A stretch of DNA of 64,000 nucleotides from Octopus vulgaris (Eukaryota). The notes under the pieces were generated by a model that worked only from the letters and a program-made list of their open reading frames with translations, made no database searches and had not been told where the DNA came from. Shown piece by piece: positions 1-13,820 of this stretch. The position numbers and the translations under genes were made by a program. Each line of letters opens with the position of its first letter. Position 1 is the stretch's first letter. Where the stretch lies: the NCBI GenBank assembly GCA_951406725.2, contig OX597820.1, positions 80,662,001-80,726,000 on the forward strand, written 5' to 3'.

Positions 1-86
1 TCTCTGATTAAATCTCTTGAAATTTGAACCTATACTGAAATTGAACTTTGAAGCCGTGTTGAGAGAATCAAATCGGCTACACCTGT

Positions 87-97
87 GTGTATATATG

Positions 98-172
<75 letters not shown>

Positions 173-197
173 GTATGTATACATATATATATATATG
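87..197. repeat. (TA)n/(TATG)n microsatellite, one of dozens of similar tracts in the window
   Basis: Dinucleotide and tetranucleotide run seen directly. It generates the spurious YIYI ORFs. Confidence 0.97.
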
Positions 198-408
198 GGC
201 GGTGGCCAGATTGGAACAATCTCAAGATTAATCAGCCGAAACTGCGAGGATGATCCGGTTCTTGACTGAAGATAAAAAGCTTCGAATGACCCGTCCTTGT
301 TTTTTTGTATCGTCTATCTGGATGTTTTGTTGTCCCTTTTTGTATCACCTAGTTGTCCAGATGTTTTGCGTTCTTGTCCCATTTTGTATTATATTTTATA
401 TATATATA

Positions 409-573
409 GGCGCAGGAGTGGCTGTGTGGTAAGTTGCTTGTTTACCAACCACATGGTTCTGGGTTCAGTCCCACTGCGTGGCACCTTGGGCAAGTGTCTT
501 CTACTACAGCCTCGGGCCGACCAAAGCCTTGTGAGTGGATTTGGTAGACGGAAACTGAAAGAAGGCCGTCGTA

Positions 574-606
<33 letters not shown>

Positions 607-826
607 GCGTGTGTGTATTTGTGTGTCACCCTAGCATTGCTTGACAACCGATGCTGGTGTGTTTATGTCCCCGTTACTTAACGGTTCGGCAAAAGAGACC
701 GATAGAATAAGTACTGGGCTTACAAAAGAATAAGTCCCGGGGTCGAGTTGCTCGATTAAAGGCGGTGCTCCAGCATGGCCGCAGTCAAATGACTGAAACA
801 AGTAAAAGAGCAAAAGAGTAAAAGAG
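409..826 (+). mobile_element. tRNA-derived CORE-type SINE (octopus OK/OR-like, family A)
   Basis: Head GGCGCAGGAGTGGCTGTGTGGTAAG with B-box-like GGTTCAGTCCC, CORE-like CCTTGGGCAAGTG, internal TA/TG tract and AAAGAG tail. Homologous copies at 19.5-20.4 kb and 43.2-43.9 kb. Confidence 0.85.
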
Positions 827-839
827 TATACATATATAG

Positions 840-1460
840 CGGCGTACGTTCCCTTATATGTAAGTACACATTTTACTAAGTTTTGTACGACTTTTTCAAC
901 CATTTCACGCTTCGTTCTTGCTTTCTCCCCTCTCTCTGTCACATTTCTTTGCCTTTCTTACTCACTTTTCACTTCACTATGTCCCTGTTTCTCTTTTTTT
1001 TCTCGCCACTCCTTGATTCTTCCATCTATCTACTTCTAGACACTCTATCTCGCTCTATCGCTCTCTCTCTCTCTCTCTCTCTTCTCCCCTCCTTAATTCC
1101 TTTGTTCCTCTTTTTTTCTCTCTTCTCTTCTCACGTGACCGATTGGCCGACTGCTAGCCCTTTTGCGTCTGACCATGGTCACTGCCACATCGATATTCTT
1201 CCCTCTGTCGTAAGGCTTCATTTCCACACACGCCAGCTGAATTCAGTTCGTCCCCAGTCGAAAGACGCCTGTTGCTATGTCCTGTTATTACTATTATTAT
1301 TATTGTTATTTTTATTGTATTTTTGTATTTATATTCGTGTGACATCGTCTGTTTTTCCGTCCTTGTTTTCGAATACATTCAATGCTTTTTTCCAAGGAAT
1401 CTAATGCTCTTAGCTTAATTTTTCCTTGGGGCTGGCCAGATTGGAGCAATCTCAAGATTG
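840..1460 (+). repeat. Unclassified interspersed repeat; its end overlaps in sequence with the fragment at 197-400
   Basis: TGGCCAGATTGGA(A/G)CAATCTCAAGATT occurs at about 203-229 and about 1433-1459. Confidence 0.5.
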
Positions 1461-1666
1461 AAGTACAGAAGCATTGTAGTACAGAAGCAGGAAAATAGAA
1501 GGAAAATATAGAAAGCCTCTAACACTGTAGAAAGTCTTAGAAAACCTTTATTTTTCAGGTGAAAAGGCCCATCCTTAGAAGGAAACAGCCCAAGACATGA
1601 AAGATAAAAGCTTTGTAAAACTTTCTGCGTTGCTAGAAGCTTTCTATACATTCGTTTTTCTGCTTC

Positions 1667-1680
1667 TCTACTACTACTAT

Positions 1681-1743
<63 letters not shown>

Positions 1744-1755
1744 TACTATTACTAT
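1667..1755. repeat. (TAC)n microsatellite
   Basis: Direct. Confidence 0.97.
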
Positions 1756-2087
1756 AATATCTCACACACAAACACATGTATATATACATATATACACACA
1801 AATATATATAAAATACGCATATACACTCACAGTTCAACCACACACATATGTATGCAATGACAGAGATAATGAGAAAGCGAAAAAGAAAGGGAGAGAAAAA
1901 ACACAAATATTTGTATTCAGAGAGTTGTTTTAATTATATATATTTATCTTTGAATTATCCTTATACTTAAAATAATCATTTTCGAATTGCGTCATTACCC
2001 AGTGAAACATGTTAAACTCTACATAAAACGTCAAAAGTCTTTGGATGCTATCGAAATAGAAAAAGCAATAAATGAGTGGACGGTTGC

Positions 2088-2090
<3 letters not shown>

Positions 2091-2155
<65 letters not shown>

Positions 2156-2257
2156 ACATAATGCTACATTGAAGAGAATGAAAGAGATAGAACGCCAAAG
2201 AGAGGTAATGTAAGAGCAGCAGCAAAGAGGGAAAGATGTGAACGTATGAAAGTGTAG

Positions 2258-2290
<33 letters not shown>
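2091..2290. repeat. Two (AG)n microsatellites
   Basis: Direct, at 2091-2152 and about 2262-2290. Confidence 0.95.
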
Positions 2291-2296
<6 letters not shown>

Positions 2297-3085
2297 TGAG
2301 AATGAACTGAAGGTGTCTGTGTGAGAGTTAGAAAGAACGAGAGACAGAAGGAAAGACAAAGGAAAAATGAGGCAATGAAAAAGAGCGAAAGTGATGGAAA
2401 GTTAGAGAACAAAATTTAAAGAGAAAATTTAGAGAGGAGTAAAATTGATGCAAAGGCAGAGAATACTAGAATTTAGAAGAAAGAAACAGAAAAATGCAGA
2501 GAGATTGGAAAGGAGAAAAGTGAGCGAATCAGAGACGTGTGATGCTTAAAAAAAGAGAGAGGAAGTAGAGAAATATTAAAAGGTGGAATGAGAAAGAAAA
2601 ACAAAACAAGAGATACTCATTGAGAAGCGTCTACAAACGAACAGAAATAAAGCAAAAAAGTTAGTCCAAGCAGAGAGCCACGTGGTCAGGGCTATGAATA
2701 GCGTTTTTTTATTTCACATTCTTGACTTCTTACTTTAGCAGAAGTACTGTACTATTTCTGTTTTGGTTGAAGAATAAAATATGAACCTGTCCATCAGTAA
2801 AGCGTAGCTTTATCAGCGTGGCGTTAAAATAATAATAATAAAATTATATATTATTTACAAGAGTGTAAAATATTAAGCAATTTTGTGTATGTCTTCGTAT
2901 ATATATAGGTATTAACACATACACATGAGTAAATACGTTGGTGTGAACGTAAATGACCACACACCATTCACAACGCCTCCACGTCCTGAACACTATGACT
3001 CCTGAACTGGCAGAAATCCGACCAATCAGAATATGTACTTTACCTTGACCCATCAGTATCATTTATATAAGGAACTGAGATTACT

Positions 3086-4300
3086 ATGTCACGCATGTCT
3101 CTTCACAACGCTTGGAAAACCTCACCCATTTCTGGTGTGCACGAAGATATATTTTTATTTTCTCTTCTGCACTTCCTCTTGTACAACGACTATTCTCCAC
3201 TCGAACAGATCTCACAACGACAACAGATATTCTTGTTTTCTGTTCCACATGTTAGAAGAAACAGTTCAGTGATGCTAGCTGGCCTGCCGTTTGTGGTTCC
3301 TCCATTTTTCAGCCTTAATGGTTCTGTGAGTAGTACAGCCATGGAGAATTCGCTGCCTAGCTTACATCGAATTTCACGCTGCACACAGCAGATTGATCTC
3401 TTCGTCCAGATAGACCTTCCACTCCATCAGACTCACTACTATTTTCACATACACGCCATGCACGAAAGCACCATTGTTAGCTTCAAAGCAAGCGCTCCAG
3501 ACATGGCCTTTACACTCAACAAACGCTTCAACCACTCAACCTCTCTTTCTCTTCTGTGTGTGTGTCTCTCTGTCTGTTTGTCTGTCTCTCTTCCCCCTCT
3601 CTCTCTCCCTCTTATGGGGTATGCCGCGATCTTGTTTGGAAACACTCTACTATATTCCACCCGACGTAGCGTAACACTTTTGACCTTATCGCAGTCACAA
3701 TATCTCGAAAGTGATGAGGATAACATTAGCAAACATCTTGAATCTCTTTCTCCATTTAATGACCATTAGTACGGCTTTCGTGACAGCTGATCTACTGGAA
3801 GCATACTCTTCTGTCACACATCAGTAGGATCAGTCACTCGAGAAATTGGGTGAAAGCAATTTTGTTGCTCTTAACACAAGTAAAACTTTCGACCATGGTT
3901 GAAAATAGAATCTCTTGTTAAAACATTACACTTATGGATTCCATCCGTCTCTTATCTCTTAAATAGGTGACTTCCTGTTAGATATCATTGTTACGACGTG
4001 TGCTGATGAAATTCTCTCTGGTTTACTCTCTAGCAATTCTGGTGTGCCCCAAAATTCGGTTTTGACTACCACACACTTCTTCCTGTACACCAAATATCTA
4101 CTGTTCGTGAATGTATTTAGGTTAAATAATCTAAGTCAGTAATCTCAGCGGCATCATAGCTCTCCATGAATATATGTCGAACAAAACTGACACTCAACAA
4201 CGCATCAAATATAGTTACGCACGACACACCGTCTGGATTTCATTTAACATCGACAACACACTAAGTAACATCAGATTTTAAGTTAAGTTACTCTTGCCTA
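3086..4300 (+). mobile_element. Decayed CR1/Jockey-group LINE (linker and RT remnant)
   Basis: Translations include PFVVPP..NGSVSSTAME, NDH*YGFR, VALNTSKTFD and NSGVPQNSVL (cf. SGVPQGSVL), with many stops and frameshifts. Confidence 0.65.
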
Positions 4301-5339
4301 AAGAACTTCACTGCCAACATCACATACTGTAGAAAAAAAGACCTACAATAACGTAGTGTTTACTTCAGGCATTGGTCTGCAACGGCTGAAATTATCCACT
4401 GTGGGTAGGGATTCTCGCCTTCTTAGGTAGTGATCTTCTTACCATGCTTAATAGTATTCCAGTAACATCAACAGAAAGTTTACTCAGCACATACACTCCT
4501 TCAGGTCAAAGAACAGAGAAAGCTGCACCTCCCAGTTCAGTTTTTTTTTTATGACCAGGGATGTATTCAGTTCAGTAATATTTGGAACTTCTTAAGAAGG
4601 TCCCTCTTCACTCGCTCAGAATGCACATATTGCAATAGCTCACTATATCCCTAAACTATCATACTGTTTTCGTCAACAGAGCTTTCTATCAGCTAATTTT
4701 AAACTAGCAGTCGTTAATACCATTTCATAAATATTACTGTCATTTTAAATTCGTGGTTTCCGATCCGGCAGCTGTTGTCAGCTGGTAGCAATGTCCTATG
4801 CGATCCGAATAAGATAATGAGAATAAGTCTCTCCCCTCAGTCAATGACAATCAGCAACATTTAGAAGCTATGACCAGCTCACTACCAATATCATTATCCT
4901 ATCAAACAGATATGCTTTTTGTACCTGTGGTATAAAATATTAATACAAATTTTTAAACACCTTATGTTGAGTACAATTTCGTTTGTACAAACAGAAACAC
5001 ATACATAGTTTTATTTTATATGCAGCTTACATAACAGGGCATTGCGTTCACCGCTTATTGACTGGTAATCGGAAAGATTTCGGCAACTTTCGGCACCACG
5101 CTCTCCAAAGGTATTACGCAGCATTTACCCAACTATAGTATGTCCAGACTCTTTTAATTCACAATACAGTACATCTCTTCTTAACGTCATCCAAACAGCC
5201 ATTACTCTAAGTTGAGTATGTCGTAAATACTCTAGACACGTAGCAACTTTCTGGCTTATTAAATACTAAGAAAGGTTTAAGTGTTCTCAAATTAGCCGTG
5301 ACGATACAATTTTCTGTTTCACTCCTAAGTTCTCCTTCC

Positions 5340-5357
5340 TTCCTTTCTTCCTTCTTT

Positions 5358-5421
<64 letters not shown>

Positions 5422-5422
5422 T
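5340..5422. repeat. (TTTC)n microsatellite
   Basis: Direct. Confidence 0.95.
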
Positions 5423-5952
5423 CAAAATATCATTACAACTTATACGATTCGATGTCAGTATGAACAAGCCGGTCCAAACTCCTCTTATGTGGATATTCTA
5501 ACAACAGTTTAGTGTAGTTTGTTATATTTGACTCGAGTCGAAAATTCTGGTACCGTGCACCGGTGCGCGTAACACTATATATGAATGTATATATGTGGAT
5601 GGATGGATGGATGGATATACATACATGAACGATATAATGTTTATAGATGTGTGTATGTGTTTGCGCGCGCGCGCGCGCGCGTGTGTGTGTAAGTGATATT
5701 TGTTAAACATGTCTGCGTTCCTCATGCTTGTTTTAGAAATGCCTACAAGGAAATGAGACGCTAAGCAATGCACTGTAGTGGTTGGTGGATGTGTTGTATT
5801 ATCAACAAAACAGTGGTATTAATTATATAATTACGGTGACAAAAGCTCTGTGACAATAGGCTGCTTTCACTTTATTTAACATTAACAGGCGGCTAGAGAT
5901 ACAATCCTATTTATTACCAATTTAATATATCTGTATATGTAAGTTAGTGAAT

Positions 5953-6008
<56 letters not shown>

Positions 6009-6479
6009 ATGTGTGTGTATGTGACTGCGCGTACTTGTGCGTGTGTATGTGAGTAAGATAGTGTGTATATGTATGGGTGCGCTTGTGCGAATGAGTTTGT
6101 TCTCGAGGTTATGAAAATTAGATATTTAGGTTGCATATCTATCCAGTGTTGGAGAATGAAAATTAAAATTTAATACTAGATTTCTACAGAGACTGTGCTA
6201 CAAAATGCTAAACAAAAAAAAAACTGTCGTTAATTAATTTAAAAAGAAGAGAATTTTAATCTTTCTCTGATAAGTCGTTGAAACCTTCAATATTTCTGTC
6301 ACTGAAACTTTGTATCTGAGTCAGAAATGTTTCCTTTATACCATTTTATATAGAATTGCTTGAAGTGAACAAGTATCTTCTTCAGCATTTAATATGTTTC
6401 AAACTATATTTTACAGACAAAATTATTTTAAACATTGGAAGTTGCATCTTATTTTTAAATTTTGTTTTGATATTCATGC

Positions 6480-7030
6480 TACTTAACCGACCAGATGTTC
6501 ACTCTATGATAGGTCTTTGAGAAATTTGCCAAGAAGTGTACACTTGCTACACAGACCACGAAAAGGCATGAGACTGCGTGCCACAGGCCATGTTGTAGAC
6601 GTTTTGCAGGGTTTGTGTTTGTATAAATATTGTGAAGTCGAAATATTTCAACGTAGATGTTGGACTTCATCATGGGAGTGGTATTGTCATCACTCCTTTT
6701 CATAATTGTTATGAACTTGATTGACATGCTCAGCCGTTGTGGAAACGGTTTCACAATCAGTGTGTACGCAATCGGTCGGCTGATATTTGCAGCCAACATG
6801 GTGATACTTCACTCATCACATCTCCAGCATGCACTAAATGGGTTCGTGTCGAGTGCTGCAAGGTAGGGATGAGAATTAGTGTTACGAGGACAGAGACATT
6901 GATCTTCCCAAGAAAGTCATCCCAGCGCCCTCTGCATGTTAGTGGAACAGCATGGAGACAAGTGGAGAGATTTAAGTATCCCGGAACCGTTTTCATGAGT
7001 GATGGAAATCAGGGGGCTGGATTAGATGCT
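6480..7030 (+). mobile_element. RTE-like LINE RT remnant
   Basis: VLSSLLFIIVM, LIFAANMV (degenerate FADD), GMRISVTRTE and QVERFKYPG (FKYLG) across frames. Confidence 0.7.
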
Positions 7031-7099
7031 AAAATTGCATTTTTTCCCCAAGGAAGTAAAAAATAAATAAATAAAGGGAAAGCCAATCTCAGACGTTCT

Positions 7100-8501
7100 A
7101 TGGTGAATCTGTACACCCCTGCGATTGGCTAAGGGAACTATACTAGTTAGTATAAAGGATCATGCGCAGAACAGAGCTGACAAACAGCATAACAAGACGA
7201 ACAGTAACATATAAAACTTTGAGAATTGCAACAAGAAAAATAGAGATTGCGACAGTAGAGGAAATAGAAGTTGTGAAAGTATCAAAATATTGACAACTTT
7301 TATAATAAGAGGCAGGAAGTATGCTACCGTGGATGTGCGCTTTGCGACAGAAGAAGAGGCAATCAAGCACGCAACAGAGGCAATAAGATCGGAGGAGTGA
7401 GTACTTTTGCCGTCGTACTGCGGCAAACGTGTGGCCAGAGTGAGAGTAGGCGAAGTACCCCCAGAACTAGAAGAGGCATGGCTCATGACAGCCATAATGT
7501 ACAATATGAAGGATGGGGCCAAGATATTTAAGGCCACAAGAACTAACAAACTCGACTACTGGGGATATGGGATAGAACTCACTATCCAGGCAACAGTGGA
7601 CGATTTAAATAGGATTGCGGAGGAGATAGTGCTGCTTGACGGCTTTGGATTGAGAATGAAGGTAGAGGGCAGGCCGCCTGTATGTTTTGGATGTGGTGGG
7701 AAAGGCCACATGAAGGCGAGGTGCCCACAGAGAGAGAGCAGAGGGAGAAGCAAGAAAGTGTGGAACAGGCAGTACAGGTGGAGAATGAAGAGAAAACAGC
7801 GGAGGAGGGATTCACGGTTGTGGAAAAAAAAAAGGAGAAGCGGAAGAGTGAGCCCGCCGCCACGTAACCAGTAAAAGAAGAAAGAAGAGGTGGAAAGGAA
7901 AGATGCGACCAGAAGGAAGGAAGACAGAAGAGTGGTGGAGAAAGAAAGTGGAAAAATAATTGGGAAGGTGTGCGAGAATGAGTTACAGAATGAGGAAGCA
8001 GGGTTGAAGACGTCAGTTGATTTGGCGAAGGAGAAAGATTCGGGAGCGCAACTACATGAGGCTGAAATAGAGAAATTGTTCACAGTAGAGACAGAGAAAG
8101 AAAAAGTTTCAGAAATGTAGGAGGAGAGTGATATGGAGGCATGGATAAGAAGAGAGAAAGAAAGAGTAGAAAGGAGAAAACCTAGAGGAGGAAAGAACAA
8201 GTGGAACTTCGTAACTTATGCCAAAAACAAGGAGGTGGAAAGAAGAATTGTGAAATTTAAACTCATCATAAGAGTGAAGTTGCCCAGGGATGTATACTCA
8301 GAAAATGTAAAGGCCATTGTGGTCGATAAAGAAACACATAAGAGACTAGTAGACATGTGCGGAAATAAGATTGACCCACCCGGAGTATTGGTGGAGTTCG
8401 ATGAACTGCCACCAGTAGATTTCTTTATTATCCATAAAGGACTATACATAGATGGGGACGGTACAATCGGGGAACTTAAAATAACAAAAGAGGATGAATA
8501 A
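7100..8501 (+). pseudogene. Gag/ORF1-like zinc-knuckle gene of an ORF1-only retroelement (copy 1, disrupted)
   Basis: YATVDVRFATEEEA, then ORF 7407-7874 with a CX2CX4HX4C knuckle (CFGCGGKGHMKARC), a KE-rich tract and ORF 8133-8501. Homologous to 8787-9980. Confidence 0.75.
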
Positions 8502-8786
8502 AGACGAAGAAATTAAAAAAAGAATGAATTATGATAAGATATTATAATGAGGCGCAATGCCCACTCGACCCCCGAAGTGGAGTGGTTACATTTTGTCAGT
8601 CTTTTCCCTTAATTGATTTTCTCAAAGATTACAACTGAGCTTTACAAAATTACATATCAATTTCACAATTACAACTGAAGTTCGCAAAATTTACAAAAAA
8701 TTTAAATTTCACAAACATAGTGTTCTTCGGCACTTTTTCCACTTTTCCATAAACTTCAGAGATAGTCTATTTTTCTTTTCAGCTCC

Positions 8787-9980
8787 TCATAATCCATTAC
8801 GGGAGGTGGGTGATCCATCAACCGACACCTCTTCTAGTATATTCTTTCTGGCGACCTCGATGAAATTGGCGTAACTGTCCGCATGGACTAAAACACCAAT
8901 CTCATCTTCGTCATACTTGGTTCCCATCCTTACTCTTGTTACTCCCTTCATTCTCGATCCTTTTTTCTCTATTTCATAGGAGATTTTGTATATTACAAAT
9001 GCTCCATAAAATTTAAACGTATCATTACCTTTGTTTTCTGCTGTGTCTTCTCTCGTCTTCGATCTTTTTCTACTTTGGGGACTGGTAGCTCCTTTGCTCT
9101 CTTCTTTTGGTTTTTCCATTTCTCTCTTCTTCTTGTCCTTCTTGTTTTCTTTCTCTTTCAGTGTACTATTTTTTCCTAACTTTTTTCCTTCTGTTTGAAC
9201 TTTCTCTTGTCTCTGTTCTTTCTTTTGCTCTTTTTATTCCTTTTCTGTTGTCTCTTTACTTTGTGTAAGTTCATATAATGGACACTCAGTCCTTATATGT
9301 CCTCTTGTTACGCACACATAACAATTGGGTCTCCTTCCTTCGACAATAATGTTTATCGTCGGTTCATTTTCAACTTCGATCTGGAAGGGGATTCTCTCTA
9401 TGTCTTCTGTTGTGGCTGTAAGCCACATTTCGACTCCGAATCTCCGCCAGTTTACCGTATTGGTTTCAGTAACTGGACCTAGTTCGGGTTCGTCTTTTGT
9501 AGACCCTAGAATCGCTGCCACCAGCCATTCTGTTTTTATTTCCGGCGGTATACTCGGAATCTTAACCTTGATACTTCTTCTTCCTTTATAAGTGGGTAAC
9601 ATTGTAAACCTTTCTGTTCTTAAGATAGCGGTGGATAGCGAGGCTGCCTCTTCACTTGTGGTGAATCTCACCTCCACCGTACCGAACTTCTCCCATCTGC
9701 TAACATAAGTTGCTCTTAACGTTACGTTTCCGAGACACTTTTCTATTTCTTCTGATATCCATACTATTTTCTTTGTGTTCATATCTTGAGTTTTATATAT
9801 AATCGTGTTAAGGTTTTTATCCTCTGTTGTTTCTGCTGGAGAGATCAGCTTAATGCTTTCTCCCTCCCTTCTCACGTACTGTTCACATCTCTGTATTTCT
9901 TCTTTATCAATTGTAACATTCCTTTTAAAACCCAGTGACGCGACACTTCTTGTTGCAGCAACCCTCGCATAGGTATCCAT
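8787..9980 (-). pseudogene. Gag/ORF1-like zinc-knuckle gene, about 397 aa with one in-frame stop (copy 2)
   Basis: ORFs 9980-9234 and 9119-8787 share a frame and are separated only by TAA at 9234-9236. Contains FGTVEVRFTTSEEA and the knuckle CYVCVTRGHIRTEC. Confidence 0.8.
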
Positions 9981-10353
9981 GACGGAGGGACGACATCTTT
10001 TCTTTCACCTAAAATGGGGTAAAAAAAAAAAGAACGGCAAGCAGCAACAAGCGCCTCGCGCGATTCTTTCTCTCTACGACTTTTTTACAACTTTTCACAT
10101 TTTTTCACACAAAAGACATAACATCTTCACCGCATGAGCTAAAAAAACACACATCTGAACGCTATGAACTGCTGCCAGTAGTTGAACTCAGAGACCTGGA
10201 GCCTTATATGAAGCATTAAAAGGGAGAAAAAAAAAAGAAGAGTAAGTAAAATTACTTTGATAAAAGAAAAAAGAAAAAGAAAGGAAAAGTGCTTCGAAGG
10301 AAAAATGATAATCAAGAAAAAACAACAGACAATAATAGCACGATTGTAATATA

Positions 10354-10573
10354 TATTTCTTTACTACCCACAAGGGGCTAAACATAGAGGGGACAAACAA
10401 GGACAGACGAAGGGATTAAGTCGATTACATCGACCCCAATGCGTAACTGGTACTTAATTTATCGACCCTAAAGGATGAAAGGTAAAGACGACCTCGGCGG
10501 AATTTGAACTCGGAACGTATCGACAGATGAAATACGGCTACGCATTTCGCCCGGCGTGCTAACGTTTCTGCCA
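10354..10573 (-). mobile_element. tRNA-derived SINE (family B)
   Basis: Matches the units at 39270-40053, with B-box GAGTTCAAATTCC and CCTTTCATCCTTT..GGGTCGATAAA on the minus strand. Confidence 0.85.
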
Positions 10574-11539
10574 CGTACGTTCAAATGGTACTGCATGAGG
10601 AGTGGGGCCCATGCAGCCATTTCATTTTCCATTTTTATATAATATTCATCCTCGTTAGTTCTATGTTTATTGTCCCCACTGTCGTGTTGTGTCTGTCCCT
10701 GTCATGTCCACTCTCTGTTCAGGCTACATGTCTATAATAAATATTTTAAGAGTGTCAAATGTGCAGTCATAGTGTACATGTCGTAGGAATTATTGAATAT
10801 TGATATCGTGAAGTGCTTGTTGAAGATACACAGTTGGAGAGTAATAAGAGAACACCAGGAACGTTTGATATTATAACAGTTCAGATATAACAGCGACGAT
10901 GAGAAGTCGTGCGTCATATCACAACTACTGGCGCCAATATTATCGACTAACTCTTTATCGACTATAATTTTTCCCACTGAATCTGATGTTATTCACTTGT
11001 TCCAAAAAAAAAAAAGAAGAAAAAAGTTTTAGAAAAATGTTATAGAGGTTTAAAGTTTAATAATTTTTGCACAGTCAGAAAACAGGATTTGGAAAGAGAC
11101 GTTTTATGCGTGATGACAACATTATGACAACTGATGACATGATAACGACAAAACAACATTCAAAGATGGAAGTTTTAGTAAGTTTTAACGAACGAGGTCA
11201 AAAGAAATAGCAGAGCTGGCAAGTAATGCGAAAAACTACTAAAGAAAAAAAGAAAAAAGAAACTGACTATCAACGTTAAATTACGAAAGAAAATATAAAC
11301 AAAAAATATAAACAACAAAACAAAATGAACGTTAAATTACAAGGAAAAACCACCTTAGAAAACAGTTTATGTAACGATCGAACTGCTGGAAAAGGAAGCT
11401 AAATCCCCCCCCCCCCGAACACTTTAGCGTTATAAAATGGGGAAGGACATACTAGACTATAGTAGTCCTAGATAACTCTAAAACTGTAGGGCGTTCAACA
11501 TTAAAATGCTCTTTTTGATCATAGGTCTGCCCGATCAAT

Positions 11540-13674
11540 CGCATCCTCTTCGGTTTTCAATTTCTCCATCATATACGAATGGTTTTCAATTTCTCCAACA
11601 TATACGAATGGTCACATGAATTGGCAACAGATGAGTAAGCAGACTACAAACAGCTTGCCTTGTCACTATGGAAACAGACACCATTATGTCTGTAGCCTTC
11701 GATTGGGTAAAAGTACCCAAAATTTGCAAACTTTAAAAGCTATTAACTTTTTATTTATTAATCTAAGGCAGCATTGAATTCCATTTCCATAAGTAGCATA
11801 CAAAACTACATCGATACAACACATTTGAAATCGACTGGAAGAAAATTGAAGGAATTGAAAAGTAAAAGCCAAACAGAAAAAGATCCGGTGTCTGTGCCCC
11901 ACTCAATTTTTTCTTATTGATACATTTAAGTTGACTTGTGAGAAAATTAAGGTTTGGTGTGTTTGACGGGCCACAGATTAGGTGACTATTGAAGGACAAG
12001 CTCTGAGCTGAAACTTTAAAAAAAAAGTTGCAGCCTGTTTTTTCTAACTTAGATGTAAATCTCTACTGTCATTAATTGCTCTCCTTTCAAATCTAATCTA
12101 TTTCATTCTATCACGTCGAGATTTTTCACATACTCAAAGGTACAGCTTTTAACAATTTCGGTATTGACACCATTTCTAATGATAAATTTGGCTTCATCAA
12201 ATACAGACCCATGAATGGAGCTTGACATAACGTTTGAAAACATAGTTTTTCAGTATCATTTAAAGTATCTACAAACTGAATATTATTTAAAGTATCTACA
12301 AAACTGAAAAACAAAGTCGTGTTTTGAATATTTTCAGTAAATAAAATGCATCAAACTTGAGCCACTTTTACTATTTTCAATCTAACCAGTTTTAAATGTC
12401 ATGACGATGACAGAAATGTCATTTATGCAATTTAGATGTTAATAAACAGCACATTTCTGTGGTCCATGACATTATACATATCTCATATTTGTGTGATTTG
12501 CCAGAAAATATGCCTACGCTGTGCTTGATTTAGGGTAACTATCATTGCAAACCAGGTGAGAAACGTTTTGTTGAACTTTTAACTATTTCTTAAGAAAATT
12601 GGTATTTTGAATGCGCTTTATGTTTCAGTTGTGAGGTAACATGGCTCAAAGAACTGTAGAAAGAGCTTCATGGTATGTACGCTCTTTAAGGAAATTTGCC
12701 ATCACAAATCTGCTTTTGCTTCCTTTTATAGCTGTTGACAATTCTGAAAATACTATTCCCATTTGACAACTGGCTTGAATATATGTTTTGTATTTCAGAA
12801 ATATGGCCAGTTGCGAGGGAAGAAAATGCAGAAAGAGCCCCAATGTCTTCTGCTATAATCGAGGATGTTACACTTTACCTAGGCAGTGAAGCAAAATCGC
12901 ACAAAACTGGGCGACCAAGACAAAGCCCGAGCACCCCGGATAGTGTGTAAAACATGTTAAAACATTGAGACAGTGATTATTTCAAATACTTAAGCAGAGA
13001 GTTTCCAGCCTTGTCTTGTGAGAAAATTAAAGTTGGTATGTTTGACGGGCCACAAATTAGGTGACTACTGCAGGACAAGCAGTTTTTGGAGACCATGTCT
13101 GGCGTTGAAAAAGAAGCAAGGAATACTGTTGCTGCAGTTGTCTGATTTCCTAGAAACAGAAACCCATCAAATTATGAAGAACTTGTGCAGACCCAGTTAA
13201 CCAGTTTTTACTCAGTCAGCTGGACTACTTCTTGAAAATTATGGTGCAATGAGTAATGAACAAGGAGAAAGATTCCACCAAAATATCAAGACCATGGAGA
13301 CTAGATATCAATGCAAGTGGAACATGATGGTTAGCTACTGCTGGTCTCTGCAAAGAGACTCTTGATGCAAGTTATTCATGCAAAGTAACAAAGAGAAAAT
13401 TCTCTCCTTCAGTAGTTGAAACTCCAGTTTGACAGAAATATCTCTCCTAACATATGTAATTAAACATTTTGTATAATATATTGTATTTGTTAAACAATAA
13501 AAAGTACTATTTAATCTCTTAGTTTCTAATTTTTTGGTAAAATATGAATCCCTGTTTAACAAAAAGTTTTACTTGATAGATCATTTTTGGGGATATTTCT
13601 GGACTCAGCACCGTCAAATTAGGTAGCTGCAAAAAGCAAAACAATTAAAAGTTTTTTGAAAATGTTCCCCAGTG
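11540..13674 (+). mobile_element. Decayed Chapaev3-like (CMC) DNA transposon fragments
   Basis: KLGDQDKARAPRIVCKTC (~12905), FPALSCEKIKVGMFDGPQIR (~13000, second fragment ~11940), GAMSNEQGERFHQNIKTMETRYQ and YCWSLQRD. Right end TGTTCCCCAGTG at 13663-13674. Superfamily assignment is from recalled motifs. Confidence 0.65.
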
Positions 13675-13741
13675 TCATCAATAAAATAATAAAAGCAGTT
13701 GACCAGCCCTATTACTTACGGATAAGAAATTACAATTGTGC

Positions 13742-13820
13742 TAGAAACGTATGTAACGGCAGACGAAATACGGCTATGTATTTCGCCCGGCGTGCTAACG
13801 TTTCTGCCAGCTCACCGCCT
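13742..13820 (-). mobile_element. SINE family B head fragment
   Basis: TTTCGCCCGGCGTGCTAACGTTTCTGCCAGCTCACCGCC, as at 40014-40052. Confidence 0.75.

Noticed and set aside
262-300. CTGAAGA..GAATGAC hammerhead candidate
   Set aside because: GAAA is absent and there is no convincing stem I or II.
11552-11610. 29-bp tandem duplication
   Set aside because: Ordinary local slippage within a decayed transposon.
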